From Azolla caroliniana (taxonomy: Eukaryota; Plantae; Polypodiophyta): a stretch of DNA of 64,000 bases. Shown piece by piece: positions 36,211-48,209 of the stretch. The translations under genes were made by a program, and so were the position numbers. The stretch lies in contig JBHGNT010000017.1 of assembly GCA_043228905.1 (NCBI GenBank), positions 12,028,001 through 12,092,000 of the forward strand, read 5' to 3'. Below the pieces are notes generated by a model that was given only the letters and a program-made list of their open reading frames with translations, did no database searches and had not been told where the DNA came from. Each line of letters begins with the position of its first letter. The stretch's first letter is position 1.

Positions 36211-39200
36211 GTAGGAGCCTTATACCTGGCTCTTGATAACATATCTGCTATTGCATTTCTATTCCTAGAGATATGTCTAACTTCAGGGTTGACTGATCTA
36301 ATATAGATGCGCCATATTAACATGGCTTGATCTGGAATATCACAATTAGCTATGAATCCAAGAATAGGCAAACAATCTATTTCTATTATTACTTCAACAC
36401 CAATTAAGTAATCTCTATCTATCTTAATTGTTGTTACTATCCCCCATAGCTCTCTTTTCACTTGTGCATGTTTTCTTTGTTGAACACTAAGAACCTTTGC
36501 TCCGAATCGGACTGGATACCGTTCTTCCCCATTGTGTTGGCTTATCACCCATCAAATTCTGATGGCACTGTAGTTTATTGTGAGATATATGGTTCAGGTG
36601 TAGTCAAGTTGCTTTAACGATGGAGTTTGTGCCAAGTAGAACTTCAGTTTCCTCATTGGCTTTGAATGTTCTTCAATCCATTCAAATGTTTCTCCTTTTC
36701 TTAGGAGTCTATATAAGGGTTCAGATAAATGGGCATAATGGGGAATCCATCGCTAGTAAAAGACACATTCCCACAGAAACCTTCGTACTTCTAAGATGGA
36801 TTTACATTCCTCCTGCATATTTTGAATTGCATTGAACTTGGCTGGGGATGGCTTTCTCCCATATGGGCCACACATATGACCAACTATTAATATCTCCTTT
36901 GTCCCAAGTATCTCCTTTTACCCTTGATAAGGTCAAATGCACTTCTTCCATCCTTGATAGTATCTTCTCACAATCCTTGATATGGTCGGCAACAAATTGT
37001 CAGCAACCACTCTCGTCGAGTTCCTCATTCTTCTCTTCCTCCTTGCATCCCTTAATCGTAACATCATCTAAAAACGGCATTGTAATATGAGGAATAAAAT
37101 CACGAAATACTTGTTCATTCCATTCATCATATGCGCCACTGAGTTGGTCACTCCTTGCGGCAAGGTACACACCCCTACTAACCCTATAGGTGTCTTGATA
37201 GAAGTAATATCTCTACTTTTGATAGAAAGTTGGAATTGATCATACCCAGAGTAAAGGTCTCCCATTGAATATATAGCTCTTCCTGCAAACATCTCAGCAA
37301 ACTCATCTACAATTGGCCCTACTCCTGAGTTTCGGATTGTTACCTTATTCACAGGTTGCATATCTTGGATAAATCGGGTTTGCCCATGTTTCTTTAACAC
37401 AGTGAACCATCAACTCAAAGGAGCATTATATGGTTCCAAGATACCCATCCTTATCTTTTCTTTCAAAAGTTCTAATAGTTAAGGGATTCTAGCCCTAGGC
37501 ATGGATATTGGCTTAAAATTCCATGTAATATGAGGGATAGTGAATATAACCATGGACTCCACTATTTTTGGATCCACACACCCTATTTCCTCATGTTGGA
37601 ATGCAAACGCCTTTCCATGGCTTTTTAACATCTCCTTGAATTGCTTTTCTTCAGCAAGTAATAGGAAGTCGCCCCCTCCTATTTTCATCCCTTGTATTGT
37701 TCTCGGAGTAAACACACGTCCCACCTTTCGTGGGTCTCTAATCAATTGCTCGGTGGCTGTTTCTTTTATTGCCCCGTCACTATCCCCTGGAAGTGGAGCA
37801 ACAATAGGACGAACCTTCTTCTCCATTGTCTTGTACTTTGTGAGGACATGTGCCTCATGATCCTTTCAAGCAACTTCTTCAATGACCTCGTACATCTTGA
37901 TCGAATTGGCAGGAACTTAGATTTCGTTGTCTTCCTCTATTGCTTCCAAATGAGTTATTGTATCTTCAAAACTTCATTCTTCAAACATATCCTTAATTTC
38001 TTCATCATCATCTCTTAATCCAGAACACTTAAAGTACTCAGAAGCATTTTGTATTTTATTATTATCTACTATTAGCATAAAAGTAACACCACTAGATGAG
38101 ATTGTACAAGGAATATCTTTATTTACATTATTATTTATGGGGTTTTCTTTCATGTCCGGGCTATCACAACCTCTACCTATAAAAGCCCTATCTAAAAATC
38201 CTGGGAAAATGCTTCATCCACCTCCCGAACTGGACGTTCCCTCAAGCATTCTTTATTTCTTTCGTGGTTGGGCCTCACGGTTAAGAATTAGACCGTCTTC
38301 CTTCCATCTCGACTCTTAATCCTCGCAAAAGCCGAACAATCATCACTCACCTTTGTTTTCATCCTTACTGTGGTGATGTATGGTTGACCAAGGATGACTG
38401 GGTAGGTTGATCGATCCTGCACAAAGAAATTTTGATTCACCGACATATCTCCAATTGTTACCTTCACAGTCGATCGGCCATGATCCTCCATAGTCTCTGT
38501 GGCAGCTCTTATCTTCCACCCATGATTCTTGTCGATCGGCCACCATCCTTGACCATAAATTTCAATTGACATCATGTTAATCTCGGATCCATGATCCATC
38601 AAAGCAGTACATGGAATTTGTTACTCCCCAAATTTTGCAAGCGCCTTTGTTGTTGCTCGAACTGAATGGTCCCTTGTATAGTGACTCCTATCCCCTTCAT
38701 GAGGCCTAGCATCATTTATATTTTTTACACTTGCAACATTGATGGTTTCACCATACAAATCCTGGAGTGTTGCTGCACACCCTCCCGTAATTTCCTCCGT
38801 CATCTATCTCTTTCTTCTAATAATATCTATGATAACTTCATGAAATTCTTTCTTTACTATACAACACTTCTCTTAAAGTAAATTCTACCTTAATATTTAA
38901 TATTCTTGTTTCTAGTACCTATATTATATCAGTCGTTGCTTCTATGTCCGAAGCAAGCATGAAAGATGGGCCTGACTTCCTGTTTACTTTATCAGCTTCC
39001 GTCGACTCAGGAGCACCCTTTTCCATCTCTCTTCTCTTTTGTTCTCGTGTCTCATGTTTCTTTGCCGGATTAGCCTCCTTCGCTCCCTTTCTCTTCTCTT
39101 CCACTAGTACCTCTTGTGCATTCACTTGGTGAATGTTGATAGTGTGTCTACTAGATCATTCTATCCAGTGAAGTTCTGTATTTCATCTCCTTGTCTTTTT

Positions 39201-39489
39201 AGTTCATCCACTCGAACCTTTCCTTTTCTTGCATACTCCATCACATCTTGTGAAAAACCATATCCACCATATGAGTCTTCTACGTGCAACCCTAAAGTTA
39301 CCATGGATTGTATTGCTTGAGTTGTTTCTCTTTCAGCATCTTCCATTAGCTTTTTCATTCCACCTCGCCCGAAGTTTAGTTGAAGTGGTTGTTGAGTCTC
39401 CGTTAAGTGAATCTTACCATCTTGAGAATAGATTTTATCCTGATTAAGAGGATTCCTATGTTCTTGACAATCTTTCTTCTGGTGGTCGA
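36210..39489 (-). mobile_element. pol: Divergent 'fungal-type' Ty3/Gypsy: gag C-terminus, protease, RT, RNase H (integrase missing)
   Basis: ALMDHGSEINMMS protease; RFIQDMQPVNKVTIRN..DLYSGYDQF..LPQG..FLDDV RT; YPVRFGAKVL..VKRELWG..NAIADMLSR RNase H; AT-rich and degenerate. Confidence 0.88.
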
Positions 39490-42400
39490 TGTTGTCCGCC
39501 AGAATAGTAACCGACAGACAAGAGCGTAGGAATAAGAAATAATATAAGATCATAACGCATGTAACGGTTCACGCAGGAAGCGTGAACGACTAGATAGACC
39601 ATGCATATATAAAGGGCAGAAAACCTCTGATACAGGGTCCTGTAATTTTGGGAGTGTAAAGAAACGTATCATAATAGAATTCCATCTTCTCTGAAAGTCT
39701 GTGTATAGCCACATATAATCCACTGTGTCTGGAATACCTAAGCGTGTAAGAACGTAAGTGTAACCCTTGCTAAGGAGTCGGTTGTAGCTGTCTCCCTTAT
39801 ACACTGATAGGTTATAGGGAACATTCCCCTATGCATTACGCATAGACGCCTATTCGTTGTTCCACAACCACTTGGAGGTCTAGGTTGAAGGACTGAACGT
39901 GGACCGTGTTCCTAATTGGCAACACTTTTGGCACGCTTGGTGATCTGTGTCTTCTCACAGACGAGCAACGACGAATGGATGTTTAACCGCAGACGCCCCA
40001 GAGAACCAACACGACAAGACCGGCCAATAACAAGGTCCGTCACACGCCAGGCAGAAGAACGCGCACGGCAAAAGCCTCGCCTCAGCAACCTCAGTACTAC
40101 CTGGCGTGATTACAAAGGTGATTCTTCGCTCTCTAAATACCTCGACGAGACGCGGGGACTACGCTCACCAGTCACCCTATGGTCTTTCCCAACCCACCGT
40201 AGCCCCCAGCATGGCCTTTGCCTAGCCCCGCTTTAACAGCGAAACTGACGCCCAAACTCATATTCACATGTTCCTTAATGTCTGGAATGCGAACCACATG
40301 GCGCAGAGCCTTTCGGAGGCGGTAGCACACCAGTCGAAAATGACGGAGTTTGGGTTAACATTGGATGGGCGAGCGGCGTTTTGGCATTCCCAGATGGATT
40401 TACCAGCAATAACAACCTTCGATCAACTACAGTCTGCTTTCTTGCGGTTCTTCCATCGGAGGGTTCCACAACACGAAATCCTCAGACAGTTCTATACGAT
40501 TAAGCAACTGCCGACCGAGACGATAGCAGACTTCAGCTTACGTTTCCAAAATTTACGGCGGAAACTAGAACGGAGCCCCACGGAGGACGAGGCTCGAGAA
40601 ACATTTCTAGCAGCATTAGGTCGACCCATCTGGGCAACGCTCAACAACAATAGCGTGAAAGGGGAAACGACGGATATGGTCATTGAACGAGCGTTACAGC
40701 TCGAGTTGGACGAGGAGGAGGAAAGGTTTTCTATGTCCTCCTTACAACAAGCGTTACCCCAGGACGAGGAACGCCAGTTTCGTCAAGCAATCCAGAGCAC
40801 GATTTGCTTGAACTCGGGGCATTCCGTAGTGGAGTGCAATATGTGAATCCACTGCCCAATCTTCCACTTGAAGGCTCACATAGTCGACCAATGCGAATAC
40901 AATATGTTGAACAGAGCCACTCCCGTAGTCCGCAGCATGGACACCCAACGTCCACCACACCGGACTGAACAAAAGAAGCAAGATGACCGACCAAGGTATA
41001 GGGATCACAACCCACGCGATGACCGGCACCACGGGAATCGCCGAAATCACAACGATTCTGAGGAGGACGAACCAGAGGACGAGGATTATCGTGGACATCC
41101 GAGTTATGCTAAAGGGGGTCAACACTACGAGAATCACCGGCCGACAAACAAACTGGGCGGCTTCAATGGTTATCGTGGTAAGCCACGACAATATCGAGAT
41201 CACCGGCGTTACGACGATAGCTCGGGAGATGAGCGACACCAGGAACAATGACGGGACCAACAACAACCACCGCGTACATTCCGACAAATGAGGCCGAACC
41301 GTGAGGAGCAAGTAGCACCACGGGAGCGGCACACACCACTAGGAGCCGAGAAAAGTGAATCAAGCATCCATTATTTTATTTGTTAGCAGCCCGGACATTA
41401 TGCCATGCAATGCCCAGCACGCAAGGGAAAGGGGCCCGCTGTCAATACGATTACGGCGGAAGTGCAGCAAGTCACGACATGCCAGCAAACAAAAACGGCT
41501 AATTGGGCTGCGCAAGACGAGATACGCTGACAAGCCCAAGCGTGGGTGGAAAAAGCAAACGCGACAAATATGGAACGCATGCGGAAGGAGTCCGTGAACA
41601 CAATGGAGCGAGCAGAGGACGAAAGACCGGTCTCAAACCCCATTTGGCAGGCGTTAGCGGGCTGTGAGATAACGTTAACCATGGAGAAACTACTACAACT
41701 ACTCCCACGCTTCCACCAAACCATGGAAGAACGGGTGACAGGCATACCCGAGGTGAGTGTCGCTACAAACCCTACAGACGTTAGCGGCGGACCGCCGGTA
41801 GTGGATCAACACAACCTGGCTATTACATTAATATTACATGGACAGGAAATTCCTGGATGCATAATCGACGGCGGCTCGAGAGTCAATGTAATTAGCACGA
41901 AAACTTGCGAGCAGTTAGGCATTTCAGAATGGGAGGCTTGCCCATTCTGGCTCCGAATGGAAGATACCCGCTCAGTACGACCATTGGGGTTAATTTGCAA
42001 AATAGGCATTATCGTGGGCGGACACCGCTTCGACATCTCGGCGGTCGTCCTCGCTTTGGACGCCCTAGGGGCGTACCCAGTGCTTCTGGGCAGACCATGG
42101 CTTCGGGCAGCAAATATCAACCAGAGCTGGCAACACAAGTGTATCAGTTTCCGACACAAACGCACCAAGGTTTGCGTACCTATGTAAGGAAGCACGCCAC
42201 AACCCAAGGGTATAACACCATTATACGCAGAAGATATAAATATGTTGGTTGGGATGGAGGATGCAGAATTAGAGGCATACCTAGATGGGCACCCACGGAT
42301 CATTCCGCTGTTCGAAATCGATGTCATCGCAACCGCGGTAGGATATGCCACGGCCACTTTGCTCCACAACGAGGCTTACGAATCAAACCCAGAGTCCAAA

Positions 42401-45400
42401 TTGGAACTCAGCAGAGCACGAGCAGCATTCGAAAGGGAAATGGAGATTTCACGACAAGTCACCGCTTCCGCCCTGGAAGAAGTAAATGTGGGTACGGAAT
42501 CGGAGCCCCATTTCCTCTCCATCGCGAAGGAATTCAGGCCGGACCAGCGAAACACGATGATCGCACTACTCACGGAATATAAGGATGTGTTCGCTTGGGC
42601 TCACGAGGACATGAAGGGGTTAGATCCCAAGTTCTATCAGCATAAGATCAATTTAGCGACCGACGCGAAGCCCGTCTAGCAGCGCCACTACCGCATGAAC
42701 CCGAACTACGCGACCTGCATGAAAGAAGAAATTGACAAGCTCCTGAAGGCGGGGTTCATACGACCAGTTAAACAAGTGACATGGTTAAGCTCGATAGTGG
42801 TCGTTCCAAAGAAAAACGGCAAAATACGGGTATGCGTAGATTACCAAAAATTAAACGTCATAACCATTACGGATGCATTACTCTTACCCTTCACCGATAG
42901 CGTACTGGACGTTGTCGCAGGTCATGAGATGTACAGTTTTTTAGATGGCTTCAGTGGCTATAACCAGGTACGCATGCATCCCGAGGACCGGGGAGTATAT
43001 GTGGCAGTCGTCATGGTGTTCGGGCTAAAGACGGCGTTGGCAACATTTCAACGGACAATTACGGAGATCTTTGGGGAATACATTCCGGCGTTCATGGAAG
43101 TTTTTTTAGACGACTTTGCGGTATATGGGAAAATAATAGACCATTTTACGCACTTACAACTGTACCTAGAACGTTGCCGCACCGCACGCTTAAGCCTGAA
43201 TCCCGCGAAATGTGCTTTCGGCGTGACCAGCGGGACTCTCCTGAGCCATATAGTCAGCAAGGAGGGAATAACGGTTGATCCGAACAAGATCTCCGCGATT
43301 ACGCAAGCCAAATCTCCGACAACCGCCAAATCGCTCAGCCTGTTTTTAGGACAAATACGGTAGCATAGTCGGATGATACGGTATTTGGCAGACTTCGCCA
43401 CGCCGTTAATGTTGTCGTACATCGGACTCCTTTTCAATGGACTGCAACGGAGGATAAGGCCTATGAGGCACTTAAGATAATGCTCACACAGGCTCCCGTC
43501 CTACAACCACTAGTTTGGGCGAAGCCATTCCACGTGTTTGTTGACGCCTCAGACATAGCAATAGGGAGTGCGCTAATGCAGCTCACCGAACCAAACTGGT
43601 ACCGGCCAATATACTACGCTAGTCGCAAATTATCAACAGTAGAGAGTAACTATTCCACAACGGAGCGGGAGGTGCTAGGGATGATCAATAGCATCAATAA
43701 ATTCCGGCACTATTTATTAGGAAGGAAATTCACGTTCCACGTGGATCATTCGGCGCTGCTGTATTTGGTGGAGAAACAAGCCCTGATGGGGAAATTGGTG
43801 TGGTCGATGCTGCTGCTCCAGGAATTCGATTTCGTAATCCAGCACCGACCAGGGACGCAACATGCAATGGCGGATTTTTTGAGCAGACTCGAGAATGGAG
43901 AAACAGTACAAAAAGATGACGACGATTTTCCGGACGCCGATATCCTGCGGGTAGCAGCTCTAGTAGAAAGAACGGAATCGACCTTTCCGGACCAGTGGCT
44001 TATGGAAATGACGTACTTTTTTACTACGGGACTGCCTCCACCACAATTATGCACAGACAAGAAGAAACGACTAGCCGTCCGAAGCCATCACTTTGGCCTC
44101 GTCGAAGGCATTTTATATCACAAAGGAAGTGACGGCATTTGGCGACGTGGGGTACGTCAAGATGAGAAGGAAGCAGTTTTACGAGAGGCAAACTGCGGCA
44201 CGACAGGCGGCCATTACACGGGCGACGTTACAGCCCGGAAAGTATGGCCGGCGGGCTTATGGTGGCCAACAACGCAGAAGGACACATCCGAGTATTGTAG
44301 AAATTGTGATTTGTGTCTACGGATGGGCCAGCCTGCGGAGGGCGCAAGGATGCCACACCAGCCCGTATTACCGCTAGACCCCTTCCAAAAGTGGGGATTG
44401 GATTTTGTGGGCCCCTTCACACCGGCAGCAACCCGTACGGGCAATAAATACATACTGGTAGCCACGGATTATTGCACCAAGTGGGTAGAAGCAAAGGCAC
44501 TACGGGAAAATACGGCGGCCGTCACAACCAAATTCCTTTACGAGCACATCTGGTGCCAGTTCGGCTGTCCGATTGAGCTCATCAGTGACCAGGGGAGTCA
44601 CTTTCTCAATACGGTGGTTCAGGATCTAACACATCATTACTCCATAGTCCATAAGAAGAGTACGCAATATTATCCGCAGGCGAATGGATTAGCAGAATCC
44701 ACCGACAAGACGTTGCAGACCATTTTGAAGAAAATCGTCAATTAAAATAGAACAGACTAGGATACTAAATTACAGAGTGCGTTATGGGTGTACAGAACCA
44801 GCTACAAAAAAAGCATACAATCAACACCGTTTCGACTAGCGTTTGGGTTGGAGGCTGTGATGCCGATCGAATTTTAGGTACCTAGTTCACGAATTCTGGT
44901 ATGGAACCGACTATCAGAAGCCAAGTCGGAGGAGGTATGGCTCCACCAACTCCTCGAACTTGGGGAAAAACGTGTACACAGCATGGTTGTGTTGGATCAG
45001 GAACAACGACGACGTAAAGCGTTTGTGGATCGACATCGGAACGCAAGGGAAAAGGAGTTTGATGTGGGTCGAGCAGTGCTGGTTTTCCAAACTCGCATGG
45101 GCCATATGCCAGGGAAGTTACGATTCCGCTGGACCGGCCCATACTGGATAATTGGAGTGGAACAAGGCATGTTCCAAATAGGTACGTTGGCCGGGGAAGT
45201 AGTACGGCAAAAGGTGAATGGGTTTCGGCTCAAACCTTACCTGGGCCCTACGCCACCTAACCCATTCACCACCGAACAGGACAGAGCCGAAGAACCCGCA
45301 GCGTAAATGGACGGCCACTTGTACCATAATGTAAAAATAGGTTGTAGATAACCGTTACGAAAAAAAAAGAAAAAAAGAGAACATAGCGACTATTAAAACG

Positions 45401-46550
45401 ACTAAAGGCATACACAAACTCCTAGTTCAAGAACATGTGGCACCACGATGGCTCACCGCCCAATGAACCCTAAACCACAAAAGGAAGGAAATAGAAGATT
45501 TTCTACACAAAACAGAAACCCATCTTCTAGCTATCAGCGCTCCCATTGCTCCTCCCCCTCACCTTCTCCTCCATCCTATCACAAAGCTTCAGCCCAACAC
45601 AACCACCGGTCTCCTTCCCACGAACCTCCTCTGGCGATGCCGATCTTCATCTCTACTGCCTTACGCCAATGGCTCGTGGAGAAACGCCTGGATGGGTGCA
45701 TCCGGATCGCAGAAGCACCCCTACACCCGGATGCCATGGACATCGCCAGGAAGCTTAACATCGACACGGTCACCAACTCCTCCATCTGGAAGAAGTTAGA
45801 CCTGTCATCGCTAGGTGAAAGGCATTTCGAAATCCCTCCTGCAAAGGCGTTGCAACGATATTTCCGGCCATATTCCTCCTCCGCCAAGGCCTATAGAACG
45901 AAGCAGATTCCGGATCCCTTCTTCTGTGAAGTTGCCAAGTTCCTACTAGAAGTTGGTTGCGTACATGTCAACGCATATGGGATGCCCAAGCAGAAGGCGG
46001 GCATCATTATCGATACCTTTGAAGGGCGTGCGGTCGATTGGGGGGTCATCACAGGGTCGGCGTTAAGGGAAGGCTTGCATGCATATCAGGTAGGCCAAAA
46101 GCTCAGGCCGATCATACAACAATACCTTACAGTACTATTCCTACCCCGAGCCCTGCCGGCACCGCAGCCCAGCCAACCCACGCCCACACCCCAATCCGCG
46201 AAACGCAGGTTAGCGAAGTTAGCGGCCCTAGAGTGGGAAGAGGAACCCCAACCCACCCACCCAGACTCGAGGACAACAACTACCGACCAGCCGGACACAC
46301 GGACAACACAGGAGGAATGGTCGGCACATTCCGTGGAAGCAGCCCCAGAGCCAGACACCGAAACACGGCAGGATAGCCCTAGACCGAAACGGCATAGATT
46401 GGACAGGAAAGATAGGCGGGGGTTGGTCAAAGATGTCCCCATGGCGACAGAGAAACTGACCGAAGAAGATGGCTCCACAGCTACGGAACCCAATACCACC
46501 TTCGAAATCATCCGGGAGCTGACCGCGGACCGTTTTCCTAATTGGCAACA
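39490..46550 (+). mobile_element. Ty3/Gypsy copy C (sister family); 3' LTR reduced to a terminal stub
   Basis: 5' LTR 39490-39924 (TGTTG...CAACA), PBS TGGCACGCTTGGTG 39929-39942, gag 40268-, IIDGGSRVN protease, RT 42695-, RH-INT 43480-45306, ORF3 45448-; 46519-46550 matches the LTR end; TSD GTCGA / ATCGA. Confidence 0.93.
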
Positions 46551-47330
46551 ATCGATACTATCAAACCACATACACCTTCAAACCATGCCACCTCCTTGCC
46601 TTGACGAAGTTGAGCTTTGTCCCAATTCCAACTTCGTCACTTTGATCGACAAGTCTTTCATGCCTTTCACCAACTCATGCAAGAGTGACTTTTCGATTTT
46701 CTTCTCTCCCGAGCCGCTCCCCGTTTCTTCTTCCTTCCTCTCTGGTAGCTAAATAAACCATAACTTTCTTTTATAGAAATGGGCACAAGCCCTTTTCACC
46801 TCCTCCCAGTCTTCGGTAAGTCCACTCAGACTATTTTGATCTTCCAAAAACATTCCCAAGTCCTTCTTGTCTTTAATATTAGTAGCTTGTAGAAACAATA
46901 TTTTACTTTATCTGGCATTATTATATTTCTATCTCTAACATTTAATTGCTCAAATCTTTCTGAAAATTCTTTTAACACTTCCAAAACACTTAAATGTTTA
47001 TCAGACTCTACCCAATCCATGAAAGCTTGCCTTGTCATCCTTGACATATCATTGAGGTTGTATTCATTCAATAATGCTCTTTCGAAAGTCGCCCATATCT
47101 GATGCTCCCTTTGTAGCTCCTGGATCCTTTGTTGTAGCCCAATCGCCGCGACTCGACTAAAGCTATTAATTTTTGTAGCTTCAGCGACACCACGTTTAAG
47201 CATTTCTTCATTGTAAACCTTCAGAGACCTTGTTAAATTCATACCTTCGAAGATTCCTACTCGTGCAAGAATATTGTCGACGGCTTTGTCGATGCTTGCC
47301 ATCATCCATTGCTTCCGCATCATTCATTTC
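46551..47330 (-). pseudogene. gag: gag N-terminal part of the fungal-type Gypsy
   Basis: ORF 46826-47323; CMWFDSID at ~46551-46575 joins HQKKDC at ~39485 to give a Zn knuckle once copy C is removed. Confidence 0.8.
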
Positions 47331-47405
47331 ATCCTCGTACACATCCGCCTCATTTTCTCATGAAGTTTTCCTTGTCGCCATTTTCACGTCGAGTTCTCCA
47401 AATTA

Positions 47406-47900
47406 TGTCGAGGTTGTTGTGGTTCATGTGGTGAAGTTGCAGGGACTAAGGTTAAAGGAAGTTGGCTATATATTTTATAAGGATTGTACATTGATGTTAG
47501 AAAGATTAAGGATAGGAAGAAGAAGAGTTAAAAGTAATGTGAGAGAGAGAGATGAATATAGATAAAAGATAGAGACAATGTATGATTAAGAAGCAAGAGT
47601 GATATGAACATGATTTATATTAAAAAAATAAGATTTTACCAACTTTACAATGCTTGATAGCAAGATGAAACATTTCTTTACCGACGCTTGATTTGAACCA
47701 TTGACTTCAACTCTAAGAGACAAGACACTTCCCCAAATGAGTCAGCTTCTTTGGTTAATAAATGATTTCATTTCTTACTTTCTTTTCCTTTCCTCCCTTA
47801 CTTGATTCCCCTCTTTTTATAGGTGCCCCCATGCATATAATGCATGTGAGGGTACAAGACATGCAGGAAATACAGGTGATGCATGATAGACATCTTGCCC
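47406..47900 (-). repeat. 5' LTR (part) of the fungal-type Gypsy
   Basis: Starts TGTCG on the plus strand; repeat of 20688-21170; lies just upstream of gag; distal boundary unclear. Confidence 0.78.
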
Positions 47901-47970
47901 ATTTGAGCTTTCATGTATGAAAATAGACATGGGATAAGTATAATCATGGAAATATAATTCTTAAAACAAA

Positions 47971-48192
47971 TAACCTAGTCTAGTGGTATATACTTTGTAT
48001 TTGTTATGTAAGGTTGTTGGTTCAAGTCTCTCGAATGTTACCCAATACAATATTTAAGTTTACTTTTATATCCTTTACACCTTAACAAACAATAACTTAA
48101 CGTAGTGGTATGTACTTCGCACTTGGTGTGTGAGGTCATGGGTTCAAGTCTCTAAAATATTATTGAATACAATATTTAAGTTCATTTTTATA
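47971..48192 (+). repeat. Two tandem 122-bp-period tRNA-like units (SINE or tRNA-pseudogene relics)
   Basis: Each has TAGTGGTAT (A-box-like) and GGTTCAAGTCTC (B-box) with tRNA spacing and a shared tail AATACAATATTTAAGTT; acceptor stems degenerate. Confidence 0.6.
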
Positions 48193-48209
48193 TTGTGAAG
48201 CACATTCTT

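Noticed and set aside
45448-46752. Intact 434-aa gene
   Set aside because: Chimera of ORF3, an LTR stub and the antisense strand of another element's gag
47971-48192. Functional tRNA genes
   Set aside because: Acceptor and anticodon stems do not pair properly; reported only as tRNA-like relics
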